Of a stretch of 64,000 nucleotides of DNA, positions 35,676-45,721 are shown in pieces (position 1 is the first letter of the stretch; every line of letters begins with the position of its first letter). Origin of the DNA: Nannocystis bainbridge. GTDB lineage: Bacteria > Myxococcota_A > Polyangia > Nannocystales > Nannocystaceae. Under the pieces are notes generated by a model. The model was not told the origin of the DNA and did not search any database. It was given only the letters and a program-made list of their open reading frames with translations. Both the position numbers and the translations under genes were made by a program. The stretch covers positions 2,464,001-2,528,000 of the forward strand of contig NZ_JAQNDL010000001.1 of the NCBI RefSeq assembly GCF_028368995.1, written 5' to 3'.

Positions 35676-37817
35676 ATGCATTCGTTACGGACCGTCGTAC
35701 CTCGTCTGTCGCTGCTCCTGTGTCTCCCTCTGACCGCCTGCGGCGACTCGAGCGGCAACGTCACCGACTCGGGCCCCGGCACCACCGCCGGCCCGGCCAC
35801 CGCCACCGATCCCACCGCCACCGGACCGACCACCGCGGGCCCGACCACGGACACGCCCACGACCTCGGCCAGCACCCTCGGCACCGACACCGCCTCGGGC
35901 ACCGAGACCTCGCCCGCCACCGACGGCACCGACACGTCCCCGGGCACCGACAGCACCGACGGCACCGTCACCGACACCACCGGCACCTCGCAGACCAACA
36001 CCGGCACCGACACCGGCAACGGCGTCCTCGACATCAACCCCAAGGACGTCACCCTCGAGATCATCGACGGCGTCATCGTCACCCAGGCTTACACCGCCAC
36101 CTACAACGGCGTCGACGTCACCGGCGACGTCGGCTGGTCGTACAACAAGCCCGAGATCGGCGAAATTCAGCTCAACGCCGAGTTCTTGCCCACCGGCAAC
36201 CTCGGCGGCACCGGCACCCTCAAGGCCACCTATCAGGCCGCGCAGGCCGAGACCTCCGTCTCCGTCAAGATCATCAAGAAGCTCGACCCCGGCGGCATCG
36301 AGCCCGGATGGGGCGACCCCGTCGGCCCCGACCCGTCGATGACGATCGTCTACCCGTACAACGAGACGGTCTTCCCGCTCAAGGTCGCCGCGCCCATCGT
36401 CCAGTGGAACAACGTGCAGAACGGCGACCAGTACAAGCTGCACATCAGCGAGCAGTTCTACGACTACACCCTCTACTTCTCGACCAACGTCCCCGCGCGT
36501 CACCTCATCGACGCCGCCGAGTGGATCGCCATCAGCGAGTCCGGCCAGGGCGCCCAGAGCGACCCGATCTCCTTCACGCTCCAGCGCAAGAGCGGCAACA
36601 ACGTCTACGAGTCGGTCAACCAGACCTGGCGCATGGCCCAGGCGCGCCTGCCCGGCCGCGTCTACTACTGGGAGCTGCCCGGCAACTGCGGCGGCGACGC
36701 CAACGGCCGCGTCCTCAGCATCAAGCCGCAGGAGGCCCAGGCCAACGAGTTCTTCCAGCCCGGCTTCTGCTGGGGCTGTCACACCGTCAGCCGCGACGGC
36801 CGCACCGTCGCCGTCGTCGCCGACAACGGCAACATCCCGTTCCCGACCTTCACCATCGACGTGTCGCAGGAGCCCGCCGTCTACGGCAACATCCAGCCCA
36901 ACCCGGGCCTCGGCGGCACCTTCAGCGCCTTCAACCACGACGGCACCAAGCTGCTCCAGTCCAACGACCCGATCAACGCCGTCGCGTCGGTGCTGCGCGT
37001 CATCGACGCCATGAACGGCCAGATCTTGAACCCCAACGTGCTGCAGCCCGGCTGCGGCGAGCCGGCCTGGTCGCCCGACGGCAAGAAGATCGCCGCCACC
37101 TGCGGCTACCCGAACGGCGGCTGGACCTTCGACGCCAACAACGCCGACCTCGTGGTCGCCGACGTCAACCCCGACGGCATCACCGTCAGCAACCAGAAGG
37201 TCATCGTCCCCAAGGGCGCCGACGTCGGCCGCCCCGCCTACCCCAACTTCTCGCCCGGCAACGAGTGGCTCGTGTTCGGCCGCCCGACCCAGGGTTCGCG
37301 CTCGACCGGCAACGGCAAGCTGTTCCTCGTCGGCGTCGAAGGCAACGACCCGGTCATGCTCGAGAAGGCCAGCTCCGACAACAAGAGCTTCAACCCCACC
37401 TTCGCTCCGCTGCGCGCCGGCGGCTACTTCTGGGTCGTCTTCATGTCCCGCCGCGACTACGGCAACACCCTGGTCGGCGCCAACCGCCAGCAGCTGTGGA
37501 TCACCGCCATCAGCGATCCGCCGAACGCCGGCGGCGACCCCTCCAACCCGCCCTTTTACGTCCGCGGCCAGGAGGACTGCGCCCTGTCCGAGAACGCCTA
37601 CTTCGCTCCGGACCCCTGCATCGAGGAGCCCAACAAGCCCTGCGAAGCGGGCATCGACTGCTGCTCCGGCCACTGCATCCAGATGGGCGAGATCAAGGTC
37701 TGCGGCGAGAAGGGCGCCTGCTCCGAGGCCGGCAACGCCTGCGAGTCCGACGCCGACTGCTGCGAGCCCGACAGCCCCTGCGTCGACGGCTACTGCCAGC
37801 AGATCTTCCCCCAGTGA
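35676..37817 (+). CDS. TolB/PD40-like beta-propeller lipoprotein with CxxCH and Cys-rich C-terminus (copy 1)
   Basis: Lipobox LTAC, Thr-rich linker, PAWSPDGKKIA and PNFSPGNEWLVF, CWGCH. Confidence 0.85.
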   Translation: MHSLRTVVPRLSLLLCLPLTACGDSSGNVTDSGPGTTAGPATATDPTATGPTTAGPTTDTPTTSASTLGTDTASGTETSPATDGTDTSPGTDSTDGTVTDTTGTSQTNTGTDTGNGVLDINPKDVTLEIIDGVIVTQAYTATYNGVDVTGDVGWSYNKPEIGEIQLNAEFLPTGNLGGTGTLKATYQAAQAETSVSVKIIKKLDPGGIEPGWGDPVGPDPSMTIVYPYNETVFPLKVAAPIVQWNNVQNGDQYKLHISEQFYDYTLYFSTNVPARHLIDAAEWIAISESGQGAQSDPISFTLQRKSGNNVYESVNQTWRMAQARLPGRVYYWELPGNCGGDANGRVLSIKPQEAQANEFFQPGFCWGCHTVSRDGRTVAVVADNGNIPFPTFTIDVSQEPAVYGNIQPNPGLGGTFSAFNHDGTKLLQSNDPINAVASVLRVIDAMNGQILNPNVLQPGCGEPAWSPDGKKIAATCGYPNGGWTFDANNADLVVADVNPDGITVSNQKVIVPKGADVGRPAYPNFSPGNEWLVFGRPTQGSRSTGNGKLFLVGVEGNDPVMLEKASSDNKSFNPTFAPLRAGGYFWVVFMSRRDYGNTLVGANRQQLWITAISDPPNAGGDPSNPPFYVRGQEDCALSENAYFAPDPCIEEPNKPCEAGIDCCSGHCIQMGEIKVCGEKGACSEAGNACESDADCCEPDSPCVDGYCQQIFPQ

Positions 37818-38099
37818 CATGAGATGTCCTTCGGGACATATCGCATGACCCGCGGCCGCCGGCGCGCCATCGCGCCGGCGGCTCTATTGATACGTATTTT
37901 CAATGCTATGATGATTTCGCGCCGCGGCCCGATCGAGGGTCTGCACCGCCGGCCTCAGGGGGATCCGCCCGTCCGCATCGGCTCCGTCGTGCTGTCTCGC
38001 GCCTGCTCCGGGCGGTTTCAAACCTGGCCTTGACGCCCTGTCCCGACTACCCATCGCTGTCGCTTGACGGCCGGCCGTCCTCCGCGTCTCTTGAGCGAC

Positions 38100-40238
38100 A
38101 TGCATTCGTTACGGACCGTCGTCCCGCACCTGTCGCTTGCCCTGTGTCTGCCTCTGATCGGGTGCGGCGACTCGAGCGGCAACGTCACCGACTCGGGCCC
38201 CGGCACCACCGCCGGCCCAGCCACCGCCACCGATCCCACCGCCACCGGCCCGACCACCGCGGGCCCGACCACGGACACGCCCACGACCTCGGCCAGCACG
38301 CTCGGCACCGACACCGCCTCGGGCACCGAGACTTCGCCCGGCACCGACGGCACCGACACGTCCCCGGGCACCGACAGCACCGACGGCACCGTCACCGACA
38401 CCTCCGGCACCTCGCAGACCAACACCGGCACCGACACCGGCAACGGCGTCCTCGACATCAACCCCAAGGACGTCACCCTCGAGATCATCGACGGCGTCAT
38501 CGTCACCCAGGCTTACACCGCCACCTACAACGGCGTCGACGTCACCGGCGACGTCGGCTGGTCGTACAACAAGCCCGAGATCGGCGAAATTCAGCTCAAC
38601 GCCGAGTTCTTGCCCACCGGCAACCTCGGCGGCACTGGCACCCTCAAGGCCACCTATCAGGCTGCGCAGGCCGAGACCTCCGTCTCCGTCAAGATCATCA
38701 AGAAGCTCGACCCTGGCGGCCTCGAGCCCGGCTGGGGCAACCCCGTCGGCCCCGACCCGTCGATGACGATCGTCTACCCGTACAACGAGACGGTCTTCCC
38801 GCTCAAGGTCGCCGCGCCCATCGTCCAGTGGAACAACGTGCAGAACGGCGACCAGTACAAGCTGCACATCAGCGAGCAGTTCTACGACTACACCCTCTAC
38901 TTCTCCACCAACGTCCCGGCCCGTCACCTCATCGACGCCGCCGAGTGGATCGCCATCAGCGAGTCCGGCCAGGGCGCCCAGAGCGACCCGATCTCCTTCT
39001 CGCTCCAGCGCAAGAGCGGCGGTAACCTCTACGAGTCGGTCAACCAGACCTGGCGCATGGCCCAGGCGCGCCTGCCCGGCCGCGTCTACTACTGGGAGCT
39101 GCCCGGCAACTGCGGCGGCAACGCCAACGGCCGCGTCCTCAGCATCAAGCCCCAGGAGGCCCAGGCCAACGAGTTCTTCCAGCCCGGCGGCTGTTGGGGC
39201 TGTCACACCGTCAGCCGCGACGGTCGCACCGTCGCCGCCGTGCGTGACAACGGCTCGCCGTTCCCGACCTTCACCATCGACGTGTCGCAGGAGCCCGCCG
39301 TCTACGGCAACATCCAGCCCAACCCCGGCCTCGGCGGCACCTTCAGCGCCTTCAACCACGACGGCACCAAGCTGCTCCAGTCCAACGACCCGGCCAACGC
39401 GGTCGCCTCGCTGCTGCGGGTGATCGACACCATGAACGGGGCGATCCTCAACCCCAACGTGCTGCAGACCGGCTGTGGTGAGCCGGCCTGGTCGCCCGAC
39501 GGCAAGAAGATCGCCGCCACCTGCGGCTATCCCCAGGGCGGCTGGACCTTCGACCAGAACAACGCCGACCTCGTGGTCGCCGACGTCAACCCCGACGGCA
39601 TCACCGTCAGCAACCAGAAGATCATCGTCCCCAAGGGCGCCGACGTCGGCCGCCCGGCCTACCCCAACTTCTCCCCCGGCAACGAGTGGCTCGTGTTCGG
39701 TCGCCCGACCCAGGGTTCGCGCTCGACCGGCAACGGCAAGCTGTTCCTGGTCGGCGTCGACGGCAACGACCAGGTCATGCTCGAGAAGGCCAGCTCCGAC
39801 AACAAGAGCTTCAACCCCACCTTCGCTCCGCTGCGCGCCGGCGGCTACTTCTGGGTCGTCTTCATGTCCCGCCGCGACTACGGCAACACCCTCGTCGGCG
39901 CCAACCGCCAGCAGCTGTGGATCACCGCCATCAACGATCCGCCGAACGCCGGCGGCGACCCCTCCAACCCGCCCTTCTACGTCCGCGGCCAGGAGGACTG
40001 CGCCCTGTCCGAGAACGCCTACTTCGCTCCGGACCCCTGCATCGAGGAGCCCAACAAGCCCTGCGAAGCGGGCATCGACTGCTGCTCCGGCCACTGCATC
40101 CAGATGGGCGAGATCAAGGTCTGCGGCGAGAAGGGCGCCTGCTCCGAGGCCGGCAACGCCTGCGAGTCCGACGCCGACTGCTGCGAGCCCGACAGCCCCT
40201 GCGTCGACGGCTACTGCCAGCAGATCTTCCCCCAGTGA
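38100..40238 (+). CDS. TolB/PD40-like beta-propeller lipoprotein (copy 2, about 96% identical)
   Basis: Near-identical tandem duplicate of 35676-37817. Confidence 0.85.
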   Translation: MHSLRTVVPHLSLALCLPLIGCGDSSGNVTDSGPGTTAGPATATDPTATGPTTAGPTTDTPTTSASTLGTDTASGTETSPGTDGTDTSPGTDSTDGTVTDTSGTSQTNTGTDTGNGVLDINPKDVTLEIIDGVIVTQAYTATYNGVDVTGDVGWSYNKPEIGEIQLNAEFLPTGNLGGTGTLKATYQAAQAETSVSVKIIKKLDPGGLEPGWGNPVGPDPSMTIVYPYNETVFPLKVAAPIVQWNNVQNGDQYKLHISEQFYDYTLYFSTNVPARHLIDAAEWIAISESGQGAQSDPISFSLQRKSGGNLYESVNQTWRMAQARLPGRVYYWELPGNCGGNANGRVLSIKPQEAQANEFFQPGGCWGCHTVSRDGRTVAAVRDNGSPFPTFTIDVSQEPAVYGNIQPNPGLGGTFSAFNHDGTKLLQSNDPANAVASLLRVIDTMNGAILNPNVLQTGCGEPAWSPDGKKIAATCGYPQGGWTFDQNNADLVVADVNPDGITVSNQKIIVPKGADVGRPAYPNFSPGNEWLVFGRPTQGSRSTGNGKLFLVGVDGNDQVMLEKASSDNKSFNPTFAPLRAGGYFWVVFMSRRDYGNTLVGANRQQLWITAINDPPNAGGDPSNPPFYVRGQEDCALSENAYFAPDPCIEEPNKPCEAGIDCCSGHCIQMGEIKVCGEKGACSEAGNACESDADCCEPDSPCVDGYCQQIFPQ

Positions 40239-40243
40239 TTTCG

Positions 40244-40267
40244 CTACATGTCCTCCGGGACATGTGC
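40244..40267. repeat. 14-bp-period decamer pair after the stop codon (similar pair at 37820-37843 after copy 1)
   Basis: CATG 40247 and 40261. Confidence 0.65.
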
Positions 40268-40286
40268 CGTGATCGGTGAGACAGCG

Positions 40287-40327
40287 ACGACCCGCCGGCC
40301 CCCCGCCGGCGGGTCGTCGTTTTTTAT
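40287..40327 (+). terminator. Intrinsic terminator
   Basis: CGACGACCCGCCGGC-CCCC-GCCGGCGGGTCGTCG followed by TTTTTT. Confidence 0.85.
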
Positions 40328-40358
40328 GGTCCCGGTCTGCGCCGCTCGGCGAGCGGCG

Positions 40359-40527
40359 CGTCCTTGGCGACGGTGCCCGCGCGTTCGGCACCACCCGGCT
40401 CACCACCCATCACGAGTTCTACAGCGAGATCCTCGCCTATGATGCGTTCGGCGCCGAAGAGTACGCGATCGCCGAGGGCACCCTGTTCGTCCGACCCGGC
40501 CCGCAGAACTGCTTCGGCCCTATTTGA
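40359..40527 (+). pseudogene. Orphan C-terminal remnant of a YCF48/BNR-like lipoprotein paralog
   Basis: VLGDG...HEF...I..Y...EGTLF...C...stop parallels the C-termini of the 40617 and 45722 genes. Confidence 0.45.
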
Positions 40528-40616
40528 GCGCAGGCCGGACCGCAGCGTGAACGACAAGTCGCCTCCTACGAGCGATGGAGCCTGCGCGGCACGCTGGCTC
40601 GAGCCATACTTCGACC

Positions 40617-41600
40617 GTGCAGGTTCGCCGGCTCCTCCCTCTCCTGGCCCTCCACTTGGCCGCTGGTGGCTGCGCCGAGGACTGTCCGCGGTGGGAGCAA
40701 GAGCCGCTCGATCCGCGGATCTCTCGCGTCGAGAGCCGCCTCGGGATCTCCAAGACCGGTGAGATCTTCTACCCCGCCCCGGATGACGGCGAATCGTACT
40801 CGTTTGAGGTCGTCGCCGAGCTGAAGACACCGCTGTACGGCCTCGCGGGCCTTTACGAGGACGGTCTGGTCGTCGGCGCGAAGGGGGCCGTGTTCGTGTC
40901 GCCGTGGCCGAACACCACCTGGGAGCGAGCGACCACGCCGCCTATCGACGAGTCGCTGCTCGCGGTACGCTTCGCATGTCGGCGGACGAACCCGTTCGTA
41001 CAGCCCGAGATCGCGATCGCCGTCGGCGAGCGCGGGCGGATCCTTCGCAGCACCACGACCGGCCGCAGCTGGGAGCTCACGGACTCGACGACCGCCAGGA
41101 CCCTTCGCAGCGTCGAAGCCAGCATCGGCGCGAGCGAGAGGGTCGCCGTCGCCGTCGGCGACGCAGGCGCCATCGTGCGCTCGGAGGACGACGGTGCGAC
41201 CTGGAGCGTCATCGCCTCCGGCACCGACGTCGACCTCGCATGGATCGATTTCGTCAGCGCCTGCGACGCAGAGTCGGTCGACCCCGACGACCCGTGGCCG
41301 GGCTATGCGGTCGGCACCGGCGGCACCGTGTTGAAGTCGCTCGACGAAGGCCTCACATGGCAGCCGATCGACCTCGGGATCCCCGACGACATGCGCCAGA
41401 TCCACGTCCACAGCGACACCCGCATCCTCGGTGACGGCCGACTGTGGGTCCTGGTCGAGGGCAGCGACAGGGCCTCGGTCCTGCACGACTTCGGCCAGAC
41501 GATCGACTGGTACTCCGATCGCACCGCGCCGGAAAAGGCGGGCGGCGAGGGGCGCCTGTTCTGGTACCGGAGCCCCGGCTACTGCTCGGGCCTCAACTGA
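40617..41600 (+). CDS. YCF48/BNR (Asp-box) repeat lipoprotein
   Basis: Lipobox AGGC; repeated AVG..G.I.RS.D.G.TW motifs; start could instead be 40575. Confidence 0.8.
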   Translation: MQVRRLLPLLALHLAAGGCAEDCPRWEQEPLDPRISRVESRLGISKTGEIFYPAPDDGESYSFEVVAELKTPLYGLAGLYEDGLVVGAKGAVFVSPWPNTTWERATTPPIDESLLAVRFACRRTNPFVQPEIAIAVGERGRILRSTTTGRSWELTDSTTARTLRSVEASIGASERVAVAVGDAGAIVRSEDDGATWSVIASGTDVDLAWIDFVSACDAESVDPDDPWPGYAVGTGGTVLKSLDEGLTWQPIDLGIPDDMRQIHVHSDTRILGDGRLWVLVEGSDRASVLHDFGQTIDWYSDRTAPEKAGGEGRLFWYRSPGYCSGLN

Positions 41601-42171
41601 CGGGTCGCCCCGCGATCGGTGCCCGGCGCCTCCTCGCCAGGAGCAGCGAAATTCCCAGCCAGACCAGCCCGCCTGACGGAGCGCCGGTCATGCCGCATGC
41701 GCATCCGTCGTCGTCGCCGGGCGTCCCGCTCGAGCCCGAACCGTCTCCGGTGCCCGAGCTCGTACCGGGGTCCATGCCGTCGCTCGCATCGGTGGGTGCG
41801 GCCTCCTCCACGCTGACCTTGATCGGGTCGGAATACGAGAACACGGTGCCCACCGCGGCGGATGCCTCGAGCGTGTGCTCGCCCGGTCCGAGCATGATGT
41901 CGAACTCGACCCCGCCGGCGGGACAGGACAGGCATTGCTCCACCGTGCTGCTGTCCGCCGAGAGAGCCACCGTCTCGGCGGGGATGTCGAAGCAGCCGTC
42001 GGTGTCGCAGTACTGGATGTCACCATAGGTGACCTTGACCGTGAACTGGGCCGGTACGACAGCGCCGTCCTGCGGCGCGACGATGACGACAGGATCCTCG
42101 GCGCGCGCCTCCTGGCTGACAAACAGGCCGACGAGGCCGAAGAGCAGGGCGGATTTTTGGAGCACGAACAT
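41593..42171 (-). CDS. Ig-like domain MYXO-CTERM protein
   Basis: Signal peptide, VIVAPQDGAVV...GEHTLEASA, tail GCACG...LLLARRRR. Confidence 0.8.
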   Translation of the reverse strand: MFVLQKSALLFGLVGLFVSQEARAEDPVVIVAPQDGAVVPAQFTVKVTYGDIQYCDTDGCFDIPAETVALSADSSTVEQCLSCPAGGVEFDIMLGPGEHTLEASAAVGTVFSYSDPIKVSVEEAAPTDASDGMDPGTSSGTGDGSGSSGTPGDDDGCACGMTGAPSGGLVWLGISLLLARRRRAPIAGRPVS

Positions 42172-42294
42172 CAGATCATCTCTCCTTGGGCGGTGCGGAT
42201 CCCGTCGCCATGGTAGCAGCGCTCGTCATCTCTCGAGGTCTGGACACAGCGGTCTGCATGGCGCTAGGCTGAGCCGTCGTCTCGGAGCGAGCAC

Positions 42295-43539
42295 ATGCAA
42301 ATTCGACGTTCCACCGCATGCATCGTGCTCGTCGCGCCTCTCGTTCTTTCAGGGTGTCAACCGGAGCCAGGCGGCCCCTCGAGCTCAGAAGCCGCGGAGA
42401 CGAGCGATCCATCGGGCACCGCCGCGAGCTCCGGAACGCTGCCCACCGATGCGTCCAGCACGACCGACGGCGGCGGCCCGGCCGCTTGCAACAACGGCGA
42501 GCTCGAGGTCGGCGAGGTGTGTCTGGGCGCCTGGACGCTGCTCGCGCAAGAGGGTACGGCCCCCCTGCGCCTGGCCGATCTGGACAACGACGAACGGACC
42601 GATTTCGTCGCTGGATCCGCTCTGTTTCTCCAGCAACCCGACGGCACCTTCGCCTGGAGAGCGCCGCCGACCTCCGACGCTCCGCTCCAGGTCGGAGAGT
42701 TCGACGACGACGGCAACTCCGACATCTTCACCTACGATTTTTACGCTGGGCAGGTGCATCGCTTCCAGGGCAACGGCGACGCGACCTTCCTCGCCCCGCC
42801 GGTCACTTCGACGATCGGTGAGGTGCTGGGCTTGAGGGCGGTCGACATCGACGCGGACGGGCGTGACGAGCTCGCCGGCCTGGGCGACACGTTCGCGGGC
42901 CCCATCAAGGTCTGGACCGCACGACCCGATGGTGGATTCGACCCGCTCGCTACGTACGCGTTGCCCGGGTTCGACTTCGAGGTCGCGGACTTCGACGCCG
43001 ACGGCCACCCCGACCTGGCCGTCGCGGGCCTCGATCTGTTTCAGATCCGGTGGGGCGCGGCAGACCTCGAGTTCAGCGACGGCTTCGATGTCATGCAGCT
43101 CGGAATGGCAGACATCGCGCTCGCACACGACGTGAGCGGGCCCGCGCTCGCCCTCTACTCGAACTTCATCCAATACCCGGCGCCCCCGCTCAATCGGTTG
43201 GTCCTCGGCTGGCCGGAGCGGGCGGATGTCGATTCCTGGCCGTTCGCGGCCCACGACCTCGGTGAAAACGACACCCTGGTCTCATCCCCCTCGTCCGCCG
43301 ATATGAACGCCGACGGGCTCGTCGATCTGCTCGTTCTGCTGCGCGACAACAAGGGCGGAGCCCGCCGGCTGGAAGTGCTCTGTCAGACGGCCGAGCTCGC
43401 GTTCTCCGTCTGTGCCAGCGCAGCTGTCGAGGTGGAGGCGAAGAGCGTGCATCCGCTGCACGCCAACGCCGACGCTGCGATCGATCTGCTCCTCGCCACC
43501 GAGTACGAAGGGATCTGGCTCGCGCTCGCCCAGCCTTGA
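42295..43539 (+). CDS. FG-GAP/VCBS repeat lipoprotein
   Basis: Lipobox LSGC, CNNGELEVGEVC, multiple DxDxDG..DL motifs. Confidence 0.8.
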   Translation: MQIRRSTACIVLVAPLVLSGCQPEPGGPSSSEAAETSDPSGTAASSGTLPTDASSTTDGGGPAACNNGELEVGEVCLGAWTLLAQEGTAPLRLADLDNDERTDFVAGSALFLQQPDGTFAWRAPPTSDAPLQVGEFDDDGNSDIFTYDFYAGQVHRFQGNGDATFLAPPVTSTIGEVLGLRAVDIDADGRDELAGLGDTFAGPIKVWTARPDGGFDPLATYALPGFDFEVADFDADGHPDLAVAGLDLFQIRWGAADLEFSDGFDVMQLGMADIALAHDVSGPALALYSNFIQYPAPPLNRLVLGWPERADVDSWPFAAHDLGENDTLVSSPSSADMNADGLVDLLVLLRDNKGGARRLEVLCQTAELAFSVCASAAVEVEAKSVHPLHANADAAIDLLLATEYEGIWLALAQP

Positions 43540-43637
43540 TCGCGCCGGTGGGACTCCGGCCGCAATCGGCGAGCTCAGCGCATCATCGCATCCTATAAGG
43601 CGTCGGCGCCGCAGTTTCCCACGAATGCGAGACGATC

Positions 43638-44330
43638 ATGCGATTTGTGCTGTCGCCCATCTCCTTGTCGCTCACCGCGCTGGCGATCATGAGTTGTAGC
43701 GCGGATCCTGGGGACGGGTCAGATACGCAGCCTACCGAAGACGCAGGGACGACGAGCTCGTCGGACACATCACCACCCGTGGGCGACACGACCGAAGCCT
43801 CGACCGGAGCTTCCGACGCGGAGGTCGAACCGAGCGCGTCCTGTCGTTGTGTGCTGCCCGATCATGCCGAGCTCGACTCCTATGATCATCAGGCCTGCGG
43901 CTGGGGGCCTTGTGGGTCGATTGAAGTCGCGTGCCAGGGAGGAAGTGAGCACGCGCCGCACCCGCTGTGTGACGCCGGTTACGGTGAGCTGGTCATGGAC
44001 ATCACAGCGCTCGATTGTGCCCTCGACATGCTCGTTCAAGGGGCGTCGGGCCTCGTACACTTCACGTTCTCCGCGGACCGGGGCGTCTCGCGGTCGGGCG
44101 GGTTCTTGCGGATTGGCGCCGGCCGCCTGGGTCTCTCGCGGACCTGGCAGTCTGCCGATCTGGGAGGCTTCGAATCGGCGCTCGAGCTCATCCCGCTGAA
44201 GAGCGCTGCCTATTTCGAGACGTGCCGAGCGATGCAAGACCCGGCCGAGCGCTACCTGTGCCTCAAGAAATGGTCGGATGGATCGGCGACCGAAGTCTGC
44301 GACGAGTCCATGCAATACTCCGATCTCTGA
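43638..44330 (+). CDS. Hypothetical Cys-rich lipoprotein
   Basis: Lipobox IMSC, Ser/Thr linker; less biased codon usage than flanking genes. Confidence 0.7.
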   Translation: MRFVLSPISLSLTALAIMSCSADPGDGSDTQPTEDAGTTSSSDTSPPVGDTTEASTGASDAEVEPSASCRCVLPDHAELDSYDHQACGWGPCGSIEVACQGGSEHAPHPLCDAGYGELVMDITALDCALDMLVQGASGLVHFTFSADRGVSRSGGFLRIGAGRLGLSRTWQSADLGGFESALELIPLKSAAYFETCRAMQDPAERYLCLKKWSDGSATEVCDESMQYSDL

Positions 44331-44499
44331 CGAGCCACGCTGGCCGCACCTCTTGGCATCGACAGTCGGTTGTACCGCGATGTGGGAATACCCGCTCGGC
44401 TTGATATCGAGCCCTTCGACCATCGCGGGGGGCCCTGGTTTCACATCACCGGCCAGGACAGTGACCCGCGCCGTGTGAACTCCGCTAACCTCGGAGGCC

Positions 44500-45705
44500 A
44501 TGCACGATCCACTCGGTTTGTACGCCCCCGAGAGTCGCGACGACCCCTACCCCGTGCTCGCCCGCCTGCGTCGCGAGGCCCCGCTCTACTTCGCCGGCAA
44601 CGAGGGCGCGGGCTCGTACATCGTCACGCGCTACGCCGACGTCGCCAGCGGCTTCCGCGATCCTCGCCTGTCGGCCAGTCGGGCCGAGGCGATGGCCAAG
44701 CGCTTGCCGCCCGAGGCGCGGCAGTGGGTCGCGCCGGTGATCGACAACCTCGCGCACTGGATCTTGCTGCGCGACCCGCCGGACCACACGCGCCTGCGCG
44801 GCCTGCTCAACCAGGCCTTCACGCCGCGCCTCATTGAAACCTGGCGGCCGCGGATCCAGCAGATCCTCGGCGAGCTGATGGCGGCGATCGAGCCGGGCGA
44901 GGTCGATCTGGTGCACGCGCTGGCGGCCCCGCTGCCGGTGCTGGTGATCGGCGACATGCTCGGCCTGCCGCCCGAGGATCGCCACCGCCTCAAGGCCTGC
45001 TCCGACGCGATCGCCGGCTTCTTCGGCGCCAGCGCCATGAGCCAGCAGCTGCTCGCCGGCGCCCGCGCGGCAATCCTCGAGCTCGAGGACTACTTCCGCA
45101 AGGCGATCGCCGAGCGGCGCGAAGCCCCGCGCCAGGACCTGCTCTCGGCCCTCGTCGTCGCCGAGGAGCAAGGCTCGGTGCTCAGCGAGCAGGAGCTGCT
45201 GTCGACCTGCACTGCGATCCTGTTCGGCGGCCACGAGACCACCACCAACCTGATCGCCAACACCGTCTACAGCCTGCTGCGCTTCCCCGACCAGCTGCAG
45301 CGGCTGCGCGACGAACCTGGCCTTTTGGCCAGCGCGATCGAGGAGGTCCTGCGCTTTGAGTGCCCCGTCTCGCGCATGGGCCGGGTCGCGCGCGTCGAGT
45401 TCGAGTGGCACGGCCAGCAGCTCAATGCCGGCGATCGTCTGTTCCTCTCGTTCGCGGCCGCCAACCGCGACGAGGCCCAGTTCCCCGAGCCCGACCGCTT
45501 CGACATCGCCCGCGCCGACAACCGCCACCTCGGGTTCTCGGTCGGCCCGCACTACTGCATCGGCGCCGCCCTCGGCCGCATGGAAGCCCGCCTCGCGCTC
45601 GAGGCCCTCCTGAAATTCCCGCGCTGGGAGCTGCGCGAGAAGCCGACCTGGCTCGACAACCTCACCGTGCGCGGCCCGAACTTCTTGCGGGTCGCCCTCA
45701 CCTGA
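44500..45705 (+). CDS. Cytochrome P450
   Basis: DPPDHTRLR, GGHETT, EEVLR, FSVGPHYCIG; GGAGG RBS. Confidence 0.96.
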   Translation: MHDPLGLYAPESRDDPYPVLARLRREAPLYFAGNEGAGSYIVTRYADVASGFRDPRLSASRAEAMAKRLPPEARQWVAPVIDNLAHWILLRDPPDHTRLRGLLNQAFTPRLIETWRPRIQQILGELMAAIEPGEVDLVHALAAPLPVLVIGDMLGLPPEDRHRLKACSDAIAGFFGASAMSQQLLAGARAAILELEDYFRKAIAERREAPRQDLLSALVVAEEQGSVLSEQELLSTCTAILFGGHETTTNLIANTVYSLLRFPDQLQRLRDEPGLLASAIEEVLRFECPVSRMGRVARVEFEWHGQQLNAGDRLFLSFAAANRDEAQFPEPDRFDIARADNRHLGFSVGPHYCIGAALGRMEARLALEALLKFPRWELREKPTWLDNLTVRGPNFLRVALT

Positions 45706-45721
45706 TACATGCTCCCGAGCG

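Noticed and set aside
35676-40238. Duplicate pair as a DGR template/variable repeat
   Set aside because: There is no reverse transcriptase, the differences are not adenine-specific, and both copies are full genes.
44331-44499. Possible gene remnant (YRDVGIPARLDIEPFDHRGGPWFHITG) before the P450
   Set aside because: I cannot assign a family or a start, so the evidence is too weak.
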